From assembly GCA_018335295.1 (NCBI GenBank), contig JAGXKI010000001.1, forward strand, positions 79,512 through 143,511: a stretch of DNA of 64,000 nt, read 5' to 3'. The position numbers and the translations under genes were made by a program. The notes under the pieces are model-generated. The model searched no databases, was not told the DNA's origin, and saw only the letters and a program-made list of their open reading frames with translations. Below are positions 21,240 to 29,481 of the stretch, piece after piece. The stretch is from a bacterium (GTDB lineage: Bacteria; Acidobacteriota; Aminicenantia; Aminicenantales; Aminicenantaceae). Positions within the stretch are counted from its first letter, which is position 1; every line of letters begins with the position of its first letter.

Positions 21240-22586
21240 ATGGATCGAAGAGATTTTTTCAAATTCGGTTTAGGAGGAGCCGGTCTGACTATCGGAGAAA
21301 GCCTAACCGGGTCATCGGATTCTGACTCTTCTCTTTCAGGAAATCATGAGTTTGATCATCCCTGGTGGGTGAATCGTTTGGAGGAGCCCAAACTGCCTGT
21401 CGATGACCGGGTCTATTCCCGTTTCAATTCACGGAAAAATGTTTTTGGTTCCATGGTCAAATACTATGGGATGAAAAATTTGAAAGAATTGAGGGAAAGG
21501 TCTCAAAAAAAGACCCAAAGATATTACAGAGAAAATCGCCCCGGTTACAGACTGCAGGATCGAGCGTTGGCCGACGCCGGTTGGGTGATTTCTCGGTTGG
21601 GAGGACTCAACCGGGGAACTCGGTCCTGGACCCGGAATTTTGTCCGGACCCCCCAACAGAGAGGAGTGGAAGAGTATAAAGGTTCCCTTGGAGAAGCGGC
21701 TCATATGATCAAGGCAGCCGCCCGTTATTTTGGGGCCGCTACGGTGGGAATCACTCGATTGGACCGCCGACACATCAATGCTAAAGAGAGAGGAAAAAGG
21801 ATTGTTTTTGAAGGTGTGGAAGAACCCTACGGAAATAAAGAAAAATTGGTGATCCCTGATAAGTGTAAATACGCCGTTTCTATGTCTGTGCAGATGTCTC
21901 TGGATAACATCGCTTGTTCTCCCACCGCCCTCAGCAGTGCAGGCTCTTCTATGGGATACAGCCGATGTGAGTTTTTGGTCGCCGGTTTGACAGAGTTCAT
22001 CCGAGGACTGGGTTATGTAGCGATTCCCAGTGTGAACGATTTAGGTTCGAGTGTGGCCCCGGCTGTGGATGCGGGGTTAGGGGAGCTTGGGAGAACCAAC
22101 CGGTTGATCACTCCTGAATTTGGACCTATGGTCCGATTGTGCAAGGTCCTCACGGACCTCCCTCTGGCTGTAGATAAACCCATTGATTTTGGTTTGCTCG
22201 AATTCTGCAAGGTCTGTAAGCGCTGTGCGGAAGCCTGTCCCTGCAACTGCCTTTCCTTTGAAGATGAGCCCAGTTTTGAAGTGAAAGGTCCCTGGAACAA
22301 CCCTGGTCACAAGGCCTGGTTTGAGGATTCTCCCCAATGTTTGGCTTACTGGCAGGAATCCACCTCCGGATGCAGTAACTGTCTTCGGGTTTGCCCGTGG
22401 ACCAAAAAAGACAAAACAGTCATTCATCAAATCATCAAAGGGGCCAGCGCCAAAATACCGGCTTTGGATGCCTTCTTCACTTCCATGGATGAGAGTTTCG
22501 GTTACGGAAGACAGAGAAGTGCCCGCAAATGGTGGGATTTGAATCTGCCAGAATACGGAGTTGATACCACTCAAGGAAAGGGGTAA
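21240..22586 (+). CDS. rdhA: Reductive dehalogenase catalytic subunit (Tat signal, two 4Fe-4S motifs, cobalamin enzyme family)
   Basis: RBS AAGGAG then MDRRDFFK; PWWV, PGY.L.D.AL, AARYFGA..VGI, EFIRGLGY.A, AGLGELGR, ITPEFGP.VR, TDLPL, FCKVCKRCAEACP, C-x10-CSNCLRVCPW. Confidence 0.9.
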   Translation: MDRRDFFKFGLGGAGLTIGESLTGSSDSDSSLSGNHEFDHPWWVNRLEEPKLPVDDRVYSRFNSRKNVFGSMVKYYGMKNLKELRERSQKKTQRYYRENRPGYRLQDRALADAGWVISRLGGLNRGTRSWTRNFVRTPQQRGVEEYKGSLGEAAHMIKAAARYFGAATVGITRLDRRHINAKERGKRIVFEGVEEPYGNKEKLVIPDKCKYAVSMSVQMSLDNIACSPTALSSAGSSMGYSRCEFLVAGLTEFIRGLGYVAIPSVNDLGSSVAPAVDAGLGELGRTNRLITPEFGPMVRLCKVLTDLPLAVDKPIDFGLLEFCKVCKRCAEACPCNCLSFEDEPSFEVKGPWNNPGHKAWFEDSPQCLAYWQESTSGCSNCLRVCPWTKKDKTVIHQIIKGASAKIPALDAFFTSMDESFGYGRQRSARKWWDLNLPEYGVDTTQGKG

Positions 22587-22589
22587 ATC

Positions 22590-22829
22590 ATGAAAAGAAA
22601 TGAGGGATACTGTTATCTTAAGATAAGGAAATGTCCCTTTTATATATGGATTATTCGGGGGCTGGGGATTGTGTGGCTTGTTTTTTGGGCTGAGGTAGCT
22701 GTTGGATCCCGTATGGAATTAGAACCTCGGGCTTTTGGGATTTCAATCGGCGTTTTTACAGTCAGTTTGATTCTGGGCCTTTTTCTATGGATAAGAGGGA
22801 ATTTGAAGAGGAAAAAGAAATCTCTATGA
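22590..22829 (+). CDS. Small two-TM membrane protein, candidate RdhB-like anchor
   Basis: Starts 3 nt after rdhA; two hydrophobic helices and a basic tail. Confidence 0.55.
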   Translation: MKRNEGYCYLKIRKCPFYIWIIRGLGIVWLVFWAEVAVGSRMELEPRAFGISIGVFTVSLILGLFLWIRGNLKRKKKSL

Positions 22830-22851
22830 GAAAAAACAGGGGAATTGAATA

Positions 22852-23388
22852 ATGGATGATTTCAGTCAAATGTATTCAGAAATTCATCCGGAGACTTTTA
22901 TCGCTCCGGGAGCCTGGGTGATTGGAAGGGTCATTCTCAGAAAAGGGGCCAGCGTCTGGTACAACAGTGTATTGAGGGGAGATATAGAGGAAATTATTAT
23001 TGGTGCGGATTCCAATATTCAGGATAACTGTGTGGTTCATGTGGAAAGTGACCAAAAGACTCGAGTGGGAGACAGGGTCACCGTAGGACATCATGTGGTT
23101 CTCCACGCTTGTACGGTGGAGTATAACTGTTTGATCGGGATGGGCTCTGTTCTTCTTGATGGATGCCATATTAGTGAAAATTCTGTGGTGGCCGCAGGTT
23201 CTGTCATCCCTCCTGGGAAAAAATATCCTCCTCGTTCTTTGATCTTGGGTTCGCCAGCCCGAGTGAAAAGGGAACTGAAATCTCAAGAACTGGAAGAGGT
23301 GACCGAGAGCGCTCAAAGATACAAGAAATACTGGGAGGCCTACTTGAAAAAGGGGATACCTATCTATAGAGGGAAAAAGCAATCCTAA
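22852..23388 (+). CDS. Gamma carbonic anhydrase family (hexapeptide repeat) protein
   Basis: VLRGD, SNIQDN.VVH, VTVGH.VVLH, LIGMG, GSPAR. Confidence 0.92.
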   Translation: MDDFSQMYSEIHPETFIAPGAWVIGRVILRKGASVWYNSVLRGDIEEIIIGADSNIQDNCVVHVESDQKTRVGDRVTVGHHVVLHACTVEYNCLIGMGSVLLDGCHISENSVVAAGSVIPPGKKYPPRSLILGSPARVKRELKSQELEEVTESAQRYKKYWEAYLKKGIPIYRGKKQS

Positions 23389-23405
23389 AAAGGAAACCGG
23401 ATTTT

Positions 23406-24134
23406 ATGAATAAGAAAAGGAAAGAATTCAAAAGACAAAATCTTTCCCAGTCCCTTAATTCCAGTCCCTGGGCTGTGCTGGGAGAACTGGTAGGAGTTCT
23501 TTTTCTGATTGGCCTGATTTTTGCAGCCGCTTATCTAACCGGGAGTGCTTTTCTGGCTCTTTTAACTGTGGTGGGAGCTTGGCTGGCTGTGTGGTTGACT
23601 CTGTGGTTGAGAGGAAGGGGGTGGGAAGAATTTGGCTTCCAAATCCCAAAGAGTTGGGGACAAATTCTACTGGTGGCGGTGGGAGGAACTCTTCTCATCC
23701 ATATGCTGATGAGTTTTATTTTGAAGCCATTTATCACTCAACTCACAGGTGAATCTGTGGATATCAGCCGGTTTGATCCTGTAAGAGGGAATTTGGTTTA
23801 TCTTTTAATGGGTCTATCTGTTGTATGGACATTGGCGGCTTTTGGGGAAGAGATGGTTTTTCGAGGTTATTTACTGAACAGAATCGCTGATTTATTCAAG
23901 AATAGATATACCGGCTGGGCAGTGGGATTGATTGTAAGTTCTATAGTTTTTGGTTTGGGTCATCTGTATCAGGGAATTTCAGGAGCCATCTTGGCCGGGT
24001 TTTTCGGTATGGTTTTTGCTCTGGTCTATTTAGTCAGCGGCCGGAACTTATGGGTTCCTATTTTACTGCACGGTTTTTATGATACCTCGGCCTTCCTTAT
24101 CCTGTATTTCAGTTTGGATAAAACTGTGTTATAA
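23406..24134 (+). CDS. CPBP (CAAX/Abi) intramembrane metalloprotease
   Basis: EEMVFRGY, FGLGHLYQG, H...D motifs; polytopic. Confidence 0.9.
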   Translation: MNKKRKEFKRQNLSQSLNSSPWAVLGELVGVLFLIGLIFAAAYLTGSAFLALLTVVGAWLAVWLTLWLRGRGWEEFGFQIPKSWGQILLVAVGGTLLIHMLMSFILKPFITQLTGESVDISRFDPVRGNLVYLLMGLSVVWTLAAFGEEMVFRGYLLNRIADLFKNRYTGWAVGLIVSSIVFGLGHLYQGISGAILAGFFGMVFALVYLVSGRNLWVPILLHGFYDTSAFLILYFSLDKTVL

Positions 24135-24154
24135 AATCTTTACTGTAAAAAATG

Positions 24155-24379
24155 TCACTCATTTTTCAGCGGAGTATCTGGCATATCCGTTTTTACGTCA
24201 AATTCGCTTAACCGCTGGATGAGTTTTTTATCCCGGAGATATCTTTTGATTTCAATAGATTTCTTTTTGCTGAATACACCCAGCCTCTTTCTGTATCCTT
24301 GATCATCGTAAAAGTATAAGGCTTTTTTCCATTTAGCTCTTTTGAGAGCTTCTTGTATTTGAGTTTGAGCTGCGGGCAT
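24155..24379 (-). CDS. Small basic hypothetical protein
   Basis: 74 aa with an AGGA RBS; sigma54 promoter directly upstream. Confidence 0.6.
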   Translation of the reverse strand: MPAAQTQIQEALKRAKWKKALYFYDDQGYRKRLGVFSKKKSIEIKRYLRDKKLIQRLSEFDVKTDMPDTPLKNE

Positions 24380-24400
24380 TTTTTCCTATATTCATTTTTA

Positions 24401-24416
24401 TGCAAAAAATATGCCA
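24401..24416 (-). promoter_or_regulatory. Sigma54 (-24/-12) promoter
   Basis: Minus strand TGGCATATTTTTTGCA = GG-N10-GC, 22 nt above the ATG at 24379. Confidence 0.65.
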
Positions 24417-24540
24417 TATTATTGACCAAAAAGGGCAATCCACCACTACTCCAGACCCTGAAAAAAATAGAAGATTTCGTGATATCGGAATATCTCTTAT
24501 TTATAAAGAAAATAGAGGGATGAAGGAAACCACTGTTGAC

Positions 24541-25122
24541 TCAATCATATTTGAGTCGGGTTTCTTTGTCGCAGAGAGTGGGTTGTAAGAATTCTTTCCA
24601 TTCAGGTTTATCCCAAGTGTGTAGTTTTTGATGAGTGAGATAGTATTTTTGTGGAATAGGGTGGGTTCCCACAACCACTTCCAGACCGTATTTTTCCGGT
24701 ATGAATCGGCTGAAATATTCAATAGAGGGACAGGGAGGGTATCCCACCACAAAGCCTGTGGCCAGATGGATGATATCGGCTCCATTTTTTTTCATTTCGT
24801 CGGGAGCGTACTCGATATTCCCTCCGGGGCAGCCTCCACAGGTGGTGAATCCGACCAATTCCACATTTTGGTTTTTGTACCGGGAAAAAGCTCCTTCTCT
24901 CCTTCTTAAGGAGCGCAGACATTTTCCTCCGGCACAGGTATGCCACCGGTCACAGATGATAATCCCCAGTTTTATGAGTTTTTTGTTGGAAAGATGAGGA
25001 TTTGAAGCTTCACTGTTGGGTTTGGCTTCTCCCTCTTTCTTTCCAAGAAGGGAGAAGGTGCCGGCAAAAGTGGAGGCGACCAGGATGTTTTGGCAGAATT
25101 TTCTCCGGGATAAATGGTTCAT
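24541..25122 (-). CDS. CGGC-domain protein with a twin-arginine signal
   Basis: LSRRKFC signal; IIIC, CAGGKC, TTCGGCPG, IHLAT, CP, VVGTH. Confidence 0.85.
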   Translation of the reverse strand: MNHLSRRKFCQNILVASTFAGTFSLLGKKEGEAKPNSEASNPHLSNKKLIKLGIIICDRWHTCAGGKCLRSLRRREGAFSRYKNQNVELVGFTTCGGCPGGNIEYAPDEMKKNGADIIHLATGFVVGYPPCPSIEYFSRFIPEKYGLEVVVGTHPIPQKYYLTHQKLHTWDKPEWKEFLQPTLCDKETRLKYD

Positions 25123-25215
25123 CTGATACCTCCTATAATGGGATCAAATTTATTGAAGAAAAGAACGTAGCAGATAATCCCCCCTTTGTTAAGAAAAAAA
25201 AGAAAAAATGAGAAA

Positions 25216-25321
25216 AAATGGGGTAGGACCGAATATAAGTTACAGATAATAAACAAGTTAAATTAATAAATCCTCTTTATTGATTTATTATCAACAATTT
25301 AACTTCGGTCCGACCCCATTT
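25216..25321. repeat. MITE/REP-like element with an 18-bp terminal inverted repeat (copy A)
   Basis: AAATGGGGTAGGACCGAA ... TTCGGTCCGACCCCATTT (one mismatch); related to 49427-49533. Confidence 0.7.
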
Positions 25322-25335
25322 GAACATTTGAGCTC

Positions 25336-26355
25336 TTAAGATTTGATTTGAGAAGAAATTTCCTCCCAGGCTTTATACACGGCGAACACATTTTCAGGTC
25401 GAGCTCCGGGACCAAATTCACATTGGGCGATAACCCCTCCTTCGGAGTAGAGATGATTCCATATCTGGAATACGGCGTTCTTGATTTCTTGGGGACTCCC
25501 TTTGGGAAGAAGATGGAGCCGGTCCATTTGACCCCAAAAAGTTATCCTGCCTTTCAACTTTTGTCCCAGCTTCTCCACTCCCATGCTAAAAACCTGTGAG
25601 TTCAAGGCACCGATCCCGATTTCCACAAAGTCCGGCAGAATATCAAAAATATAACCATCCGAATGCATAAATACATACTTTCCAGACTTACGAGAGATAT
25701 CGATATAATCTTTGTACATAGGTTTGAATATTTCTCTGAAGGTTTGGGGATGGACCAGCATCTGTTCTTGGCTTCCCCAATCATCCATCAGGAAAAGGGC
25801 ATCCACTTCGGTCTGGGCCCAAACTTCTGCTTTCCGGCAGTAAATTTCATGAATCCGCTTCAGCAGCTCAAAAAACCCGGAAGGACGGTTAGCTATATCC
25901 AGGAACGTATTCTCCGGCATGCGGAGAAACTGGTACCTTTCAAAAGGCCGACAGGGAGACCCGGCAATGACAAACTTATCCGTATTCCGGCAAAATTCAT
26001 TTATTTTGGAAATATCCAAACTGAGAAGAGCTTCGGGCATTTTCAATTTTTCCAAATCATCCCAATCTTTGATCACGGGATCCTTCACCTTTCCCATCAC
26101 TCCTTTTTCCACATTATAAAACGTACATCCCCACTCATCGGTATAGGTTCCGGGTTTATAGGGATTTCCTCGAGTGCCCAACGATTTTTTGTAAACAGCG
26201 GGAGCGCTCACGATATCATCTGGAAAAAGGGTCTTCAGTCTGCGGACTTTTTGAGGAAAATTCTCTTCAGCCCACGGCAAAATCCATTTTTGCCGGGGAA
26301 TTCGGGAGGGAGAATCGAATTGAAGTGTTTTCTGAACCAATTCCTTTGAAGTCAT
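25336..26355 (-). CDS. Uroporphyrinogen decarboxylase / corrinoid-methyltransferase superfamily protein
   Basis: DEWGC, DDWGSQ, F.E.FKP.Y, MHSDG, FWG..D, GG.I, PEN. Confidence 0.82.
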   Translation of the reverse strand: MTSKELVQKTLQFDSPSRIPRQKWILPWAEENFPQKVRRLKTLFPDDIVSAPAVYKKSLGTRGNPYKPGTYTDEWGCTFYNVEKGVMGKVKDPVIKDWDDLEKLKMPEALLSLDISKINEFCRNTDKFVIAGSPCRPFERYQFLRMPENTFLDIANRPSGFFELLKRIHEIYCRKAEVWAQTEVDALFLMDDWGSQEQMLVHPQTFREIFKPMYKDYIDISRKSGKYVFMHSDGYIFDILPDFVEIGIGALNSQVFSMGVEKLGQKLKGRITFWGQMDRLHLLPKGSPQEIKNAVFQIWNHLYSEGGVIAQCEFGPGARPENVFAVYKAWEEISSQIKS

Positions 26356-26617
26356 TTATCCGACTCCTTGATTCTTTTTTTAAACTTTCAATATTTAAAA
26401 AGAGTGGACTTTGATTGGTATTTTTATTAATCCAAATTCATCTTCCTATAAATATCATAAATTGGATTCATAAAAAATGGGGAGAGTTTTCTTTTACCTT
26501 TTTACTTAATTCACCTAGAAAATAGCTATTGGTGAAATATATCCTTTTTAAGGATAGGTCCTGTCCCGGGACGTATTTGATTGAGCGAGAAAGGCGAGAC
26601 CTTTATTCAAATTTTTC

Positions 26618-26678
26618 TTGACATTGATTCTTCATTTCTTTAAATTATATAGGAAAGCGATATATCGGAAAACGATAT
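26618..26678 (+). promoter_or_regulatory. Sigma70 promoter with tandem palindromic operators (probable MarR sites)
   Basis: TTGACA(26618)-17-TAAATT; ATATAG-N5-CGATAT (26647-26663) and perfect ATATCG-N5-CGATAT (26662-26678). Confidence 0.65.
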
Positions 26679-26693
26679 TAATGGAGGATTAAC

Positions 26694-27170
26694 GTGTTCA
26701 ATCCAGACAAAAAGAAAAATCAAGATCAGGAGAAAGTATCCCGATTGAATCAAGCCTTTCTGGTACTGGTCCATTTTTTCCACAATCGAGCCAATCAATT
26801 CTGTAAGACTTTGAATCTCTCTCTTCCTCAGTACCGGATGCTCATGATTATCAAAAAGGAAGGATCCATATCAGTGAACAGCCTTCGCTCCAAAATGGAT
26901 ACGGCTCAAAGTACCACCAGCGAGATGATTGACCGATTGGTGAAATTGAAGTTGGTAGTCCGGAAAAAGCATCCTCGAGATCAACGCATTACCTTTTGCC
27001 AGCTCAGCCAAAAAGCCCAAAGATTATTCCAAGAAATGATGGATCGAATGAATCATTATTTCCAAAAGATGCTGGAAAATCTCGATGAAAAAGAGCAAAA
27101 CTCTTTGATTCAATCCATGGAAAATATTGTGGATTTGCTTTCTGTGATCCAGAAAAAGGAAGAGAAATAA
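26694..27170 (+). CDS. MarR family transcriptional regulator
   Basis: LSLPQY, ST.SE.IDRL...LV.R, D.R...L winged-helix pattern. Confidence 0.9.
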   Translation: MFNPDKKKNQDQEKVSRLNQAFLVLVHFFHNRANQFCKTLNLSLPQYRMLMIIKKEGSISVNSLRSKMDTAQSTTSEMIDRLVKLKLVVRKKHPRDQRITFCQLSQKAQRLFQEMMDRMNHYFQKMLENLDEKEQNSLIQSMENIVDLLSVIQKKEEK

Positions 27171-27228
27171 AGTTAATCAAGATGTCGAGTTCATTTGATA
27201 CAAAATGTCTGAAAATGAGGAGTTGCAA

Positions 27229-28566
27229 ATGAAGCATAAAATTCCAAGATTTTTTATTGGACTGTGGGCCTTTCTTTTTCCTCTGATTTCTTTGAGTTCA
27301 TTGAATGCCCAGGAAAAGATTGATTTGAACCGGTCTGTTTTTAGAGCTCTTGAGAAAAACAATTTAATAAGAATCTCTGATCTTTCCGTTTCCATTGCCC
27401 AGAAAAAAGTCCAGGAGAGCAAATCGCAGTACTGGCCTTCTCTCCAACTCAGCAGCACTTATACTCGGGTAGGCAGGATCCCCTCTTTTACCATTCCTAT
27501 GGGAAAGAAAGAACAAACATTCCAATTGGGCACCCACAACAGGATAAATGCAGGTGTGGAGCTTAAACTTCCCTTGTTTACCTGGGGAAGGATCAAAGGT
27601 TCCGTTGAACTCTCTGAATCAGGTAAAAAGCTGTCCCAAATAGAAAAAAAACAAAAAATTATTGAGATAAAAAAGAATGTGTTGAGGTCTTTTTATTCCG
27701 CTGTTTTGAGTAAAGAAATGATGGAATTAGAAAAAGAGAGTGTTTCCCGGGCCCGGAGATTATTCACCATATCCAAAAAAAGATTTGAAGCCGGAAATAT
27801 CCCCCGATTGGAACTTCTTCGCACCAAGGTTCAGTTAAAAAATGCTCAAAGTCAGCATGAGGAGGCCCAAAAAAATCTCCATCAAAGCAAAATTCTTTTA
27901 GGAAAAACCATCGAAATGGAACCGAAAGATTTCATTATTGAAGGAACACTTCATTTTGAGCCCCTTTCTGTAGATTCCTCCCAGCTTATTGAAAAAGCCT
28001 ATAAAAACAGGAAAGACATACAGATTCTGGAAGTCCAAAAGAGGATGAAGGAAAACCAGATTCATATAGCTAAGAGCGGAAACAAGCCCAATGTTTTCTT
28101 ATTCTCATCATATAGTGTAGCCACTGGTTTTGATCCTATAAATCCAGACAAGCTGGTGGGAAACTGGAATGCAGGAATTCAGGTAGCGGCCCCGTTTTTT
28201 GATGGTTTTGCTTCCAAATACAGAGCAACCCAGAACCAGCTTCAATTGAAAAAATCCCAACTTCAGAAAAAGGAAATGAAGGAAGTCATCCGCATGGAGG
28301 TCCGTCAGGCTGTGGTGGAGTTAAAGAAAGCCGAAGACAAAATTCATTCGCTCCAGGAAAATATAAAACTCGCCAGGGAAACCCTGCGGGTGGCAATGGA
28401 TCAGTATGAGAAGGGAGTTGCTTCCTCTCTGGATGTATTGAATGCTCAGAAGACCCTTAACCAGACAGAACGACTGGTAAAGAAGGCGTTGTTCTCTCAT
28501 ATCAGGGCCAAGTTGGATTTGTGTCAAGCTATCGAAGATTACAGCTGGTTTGATTTGGAATATTAA
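27229..28566 (+). CDS. TolC family outer-membrane efflux protein
   Basis: Signal peptide, PLFTWG, PFFDGF, Y.KG..S.LDVL.AQ; start placed after GAGGAG. Confidence 0.9.
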   Translation: MKHKIPRFFIGLWAFLFPLISLSSLNAQEKIDLNRSVFRALEKNNLIRISDLSVSIAQKKVQESKSQYWPSLQLSSTYTRVGRIPSFTIPMGKKEQTFQLGTHNRINAGVELKLPLFTWGRIKGSVELSESGKKLSQIEKKQKIIEIKKNVLRSFYSAVLSKEMMELEKESVSRARRLFTISKKRFEAGNIPRLELLRTKVQLKNAQSQHEEAQKNLHQSKILLGKTIEMEPKDFIIEGTLHFEPLSVDSSQLIEKAYKNRKDIQILEVQKRMKENQIHIAKSGNKPNVFLFSSYSVATGFDPINPDKLVGNWNAGIQVAAPFFDGFASKYRATQNQLQLKKSQLQKKEMKEVIRMEVRQAVVELKKAEDKIHSLQENIKLARETLRVAMDQYEKGVASSLDVLNAQKTLNQTERLVKKALFSHIRAKLDLCQAIEDYSWFDLEY

Positions 28567-28587
28567 AGGGGAAAGGGAGAATAAACG

Positions 28588-29481
28588 ATGCGAAAAATAT
28601 ATGTCATCGCGGCATTAACGGGATTGATGTTAACAGCATGCCAATTCCAAAACAAGTCTGATCTATCTCAAGAAAATTTGGATGAATCAGATAAATCTGT
28701 ATCTGTGGTAGCTGAAAAGGTGAAGGTAGAGACCATCCGTGAAACCACCGAAGTCAGCGGAGAAATCCGTCCTCTCTATGAAGTGAAAGTCTATCCTAAA
28801 GTAAGAGGCATTATTGTGAGTGAGAAAGTCTCTGTAGGAAAAAGGATGAAAGAAGGACAGCTGATGGCCGAGATTGAGCAGGATGTTCCCGGACTGGAAT
28901 TCTCCAGGGTTCAAATCAAGGCACCCAGGGAAGGGACCATAACCCGGGATCTTGTGGAAACTGGCTCCACCGTCTCGGTTCAGACTCCCCTCTACACCAT
29001 CAGCAAGATCAGAGAAGTCTACTTGAGGATAAAGGTGATTCAATCCTTACTCGGAAAAATACATATAAGGGATCCGGTTACAGTTCGTGTGGATACCTAT
29101 CCCTCAAAGAAATTTTCAGGCAGAGTCAGCGAAATATCGCCCACTGTGGATCCCCGAACTCGGACTGGCCGCATGAAAGTCCGATTGTCCAACCCACGAG
29201 GAGAACTGAAACCGGGTATGTTCGCCAGAGCTGAACTCAAAGTGGGAGAACATAAGGGCCTGGTGATTCCTCTGGATGCACTCATCCAAACGGGAACCCA
29301 ACCCTATGTTTTCAAAGTGGAAGAAAATCAAGCCAGGCGCATTGAGGTCTCCACAGGAGTTTTTATGGAAAATCAGGTGGAAGTGGAAGGCCAACTCCAG
29401 GGAGGCGATCCAGTGGTGGTCTTTGGACAGAATCGCCTTCAGGAAGGAACTCCGGTTTCTATTGAGGGGAAAGCAGAATGA
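28588..29481 (+). CDS. RND efflux periplasmic adaptor (lipoprotein)
   Basis: LTAC lipobox, IKAP..G, VDPRTRT, LKPGMFA. Confidence 0.9.
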   Translation: MRKIYVIAALTGLMLTACQFQNKSDLSQENLDESDKSVSVVAEKVKVETIRETTEVSGEIRPLYEVKVYPKVRGIIVSEKVSVGKRMKEGQLMAEIEQDVPGLEFSRVQIKAPREGTITRDLVETGSTVSVQTPLYTISKIREVYLRIKVIQSLLGKIHIRDPVTVRVDTYPSKKFSGRVSEISPTVDPRTRTGRMKVRLSNPRGELKPGMFARAELKVGEHKGLVIPLDALIQTGTQPYVFKVEENQARRIEVSTGVFMENQVEVEGQLQGGDPVVVFGQNRLQEGTPVSIEGKAE

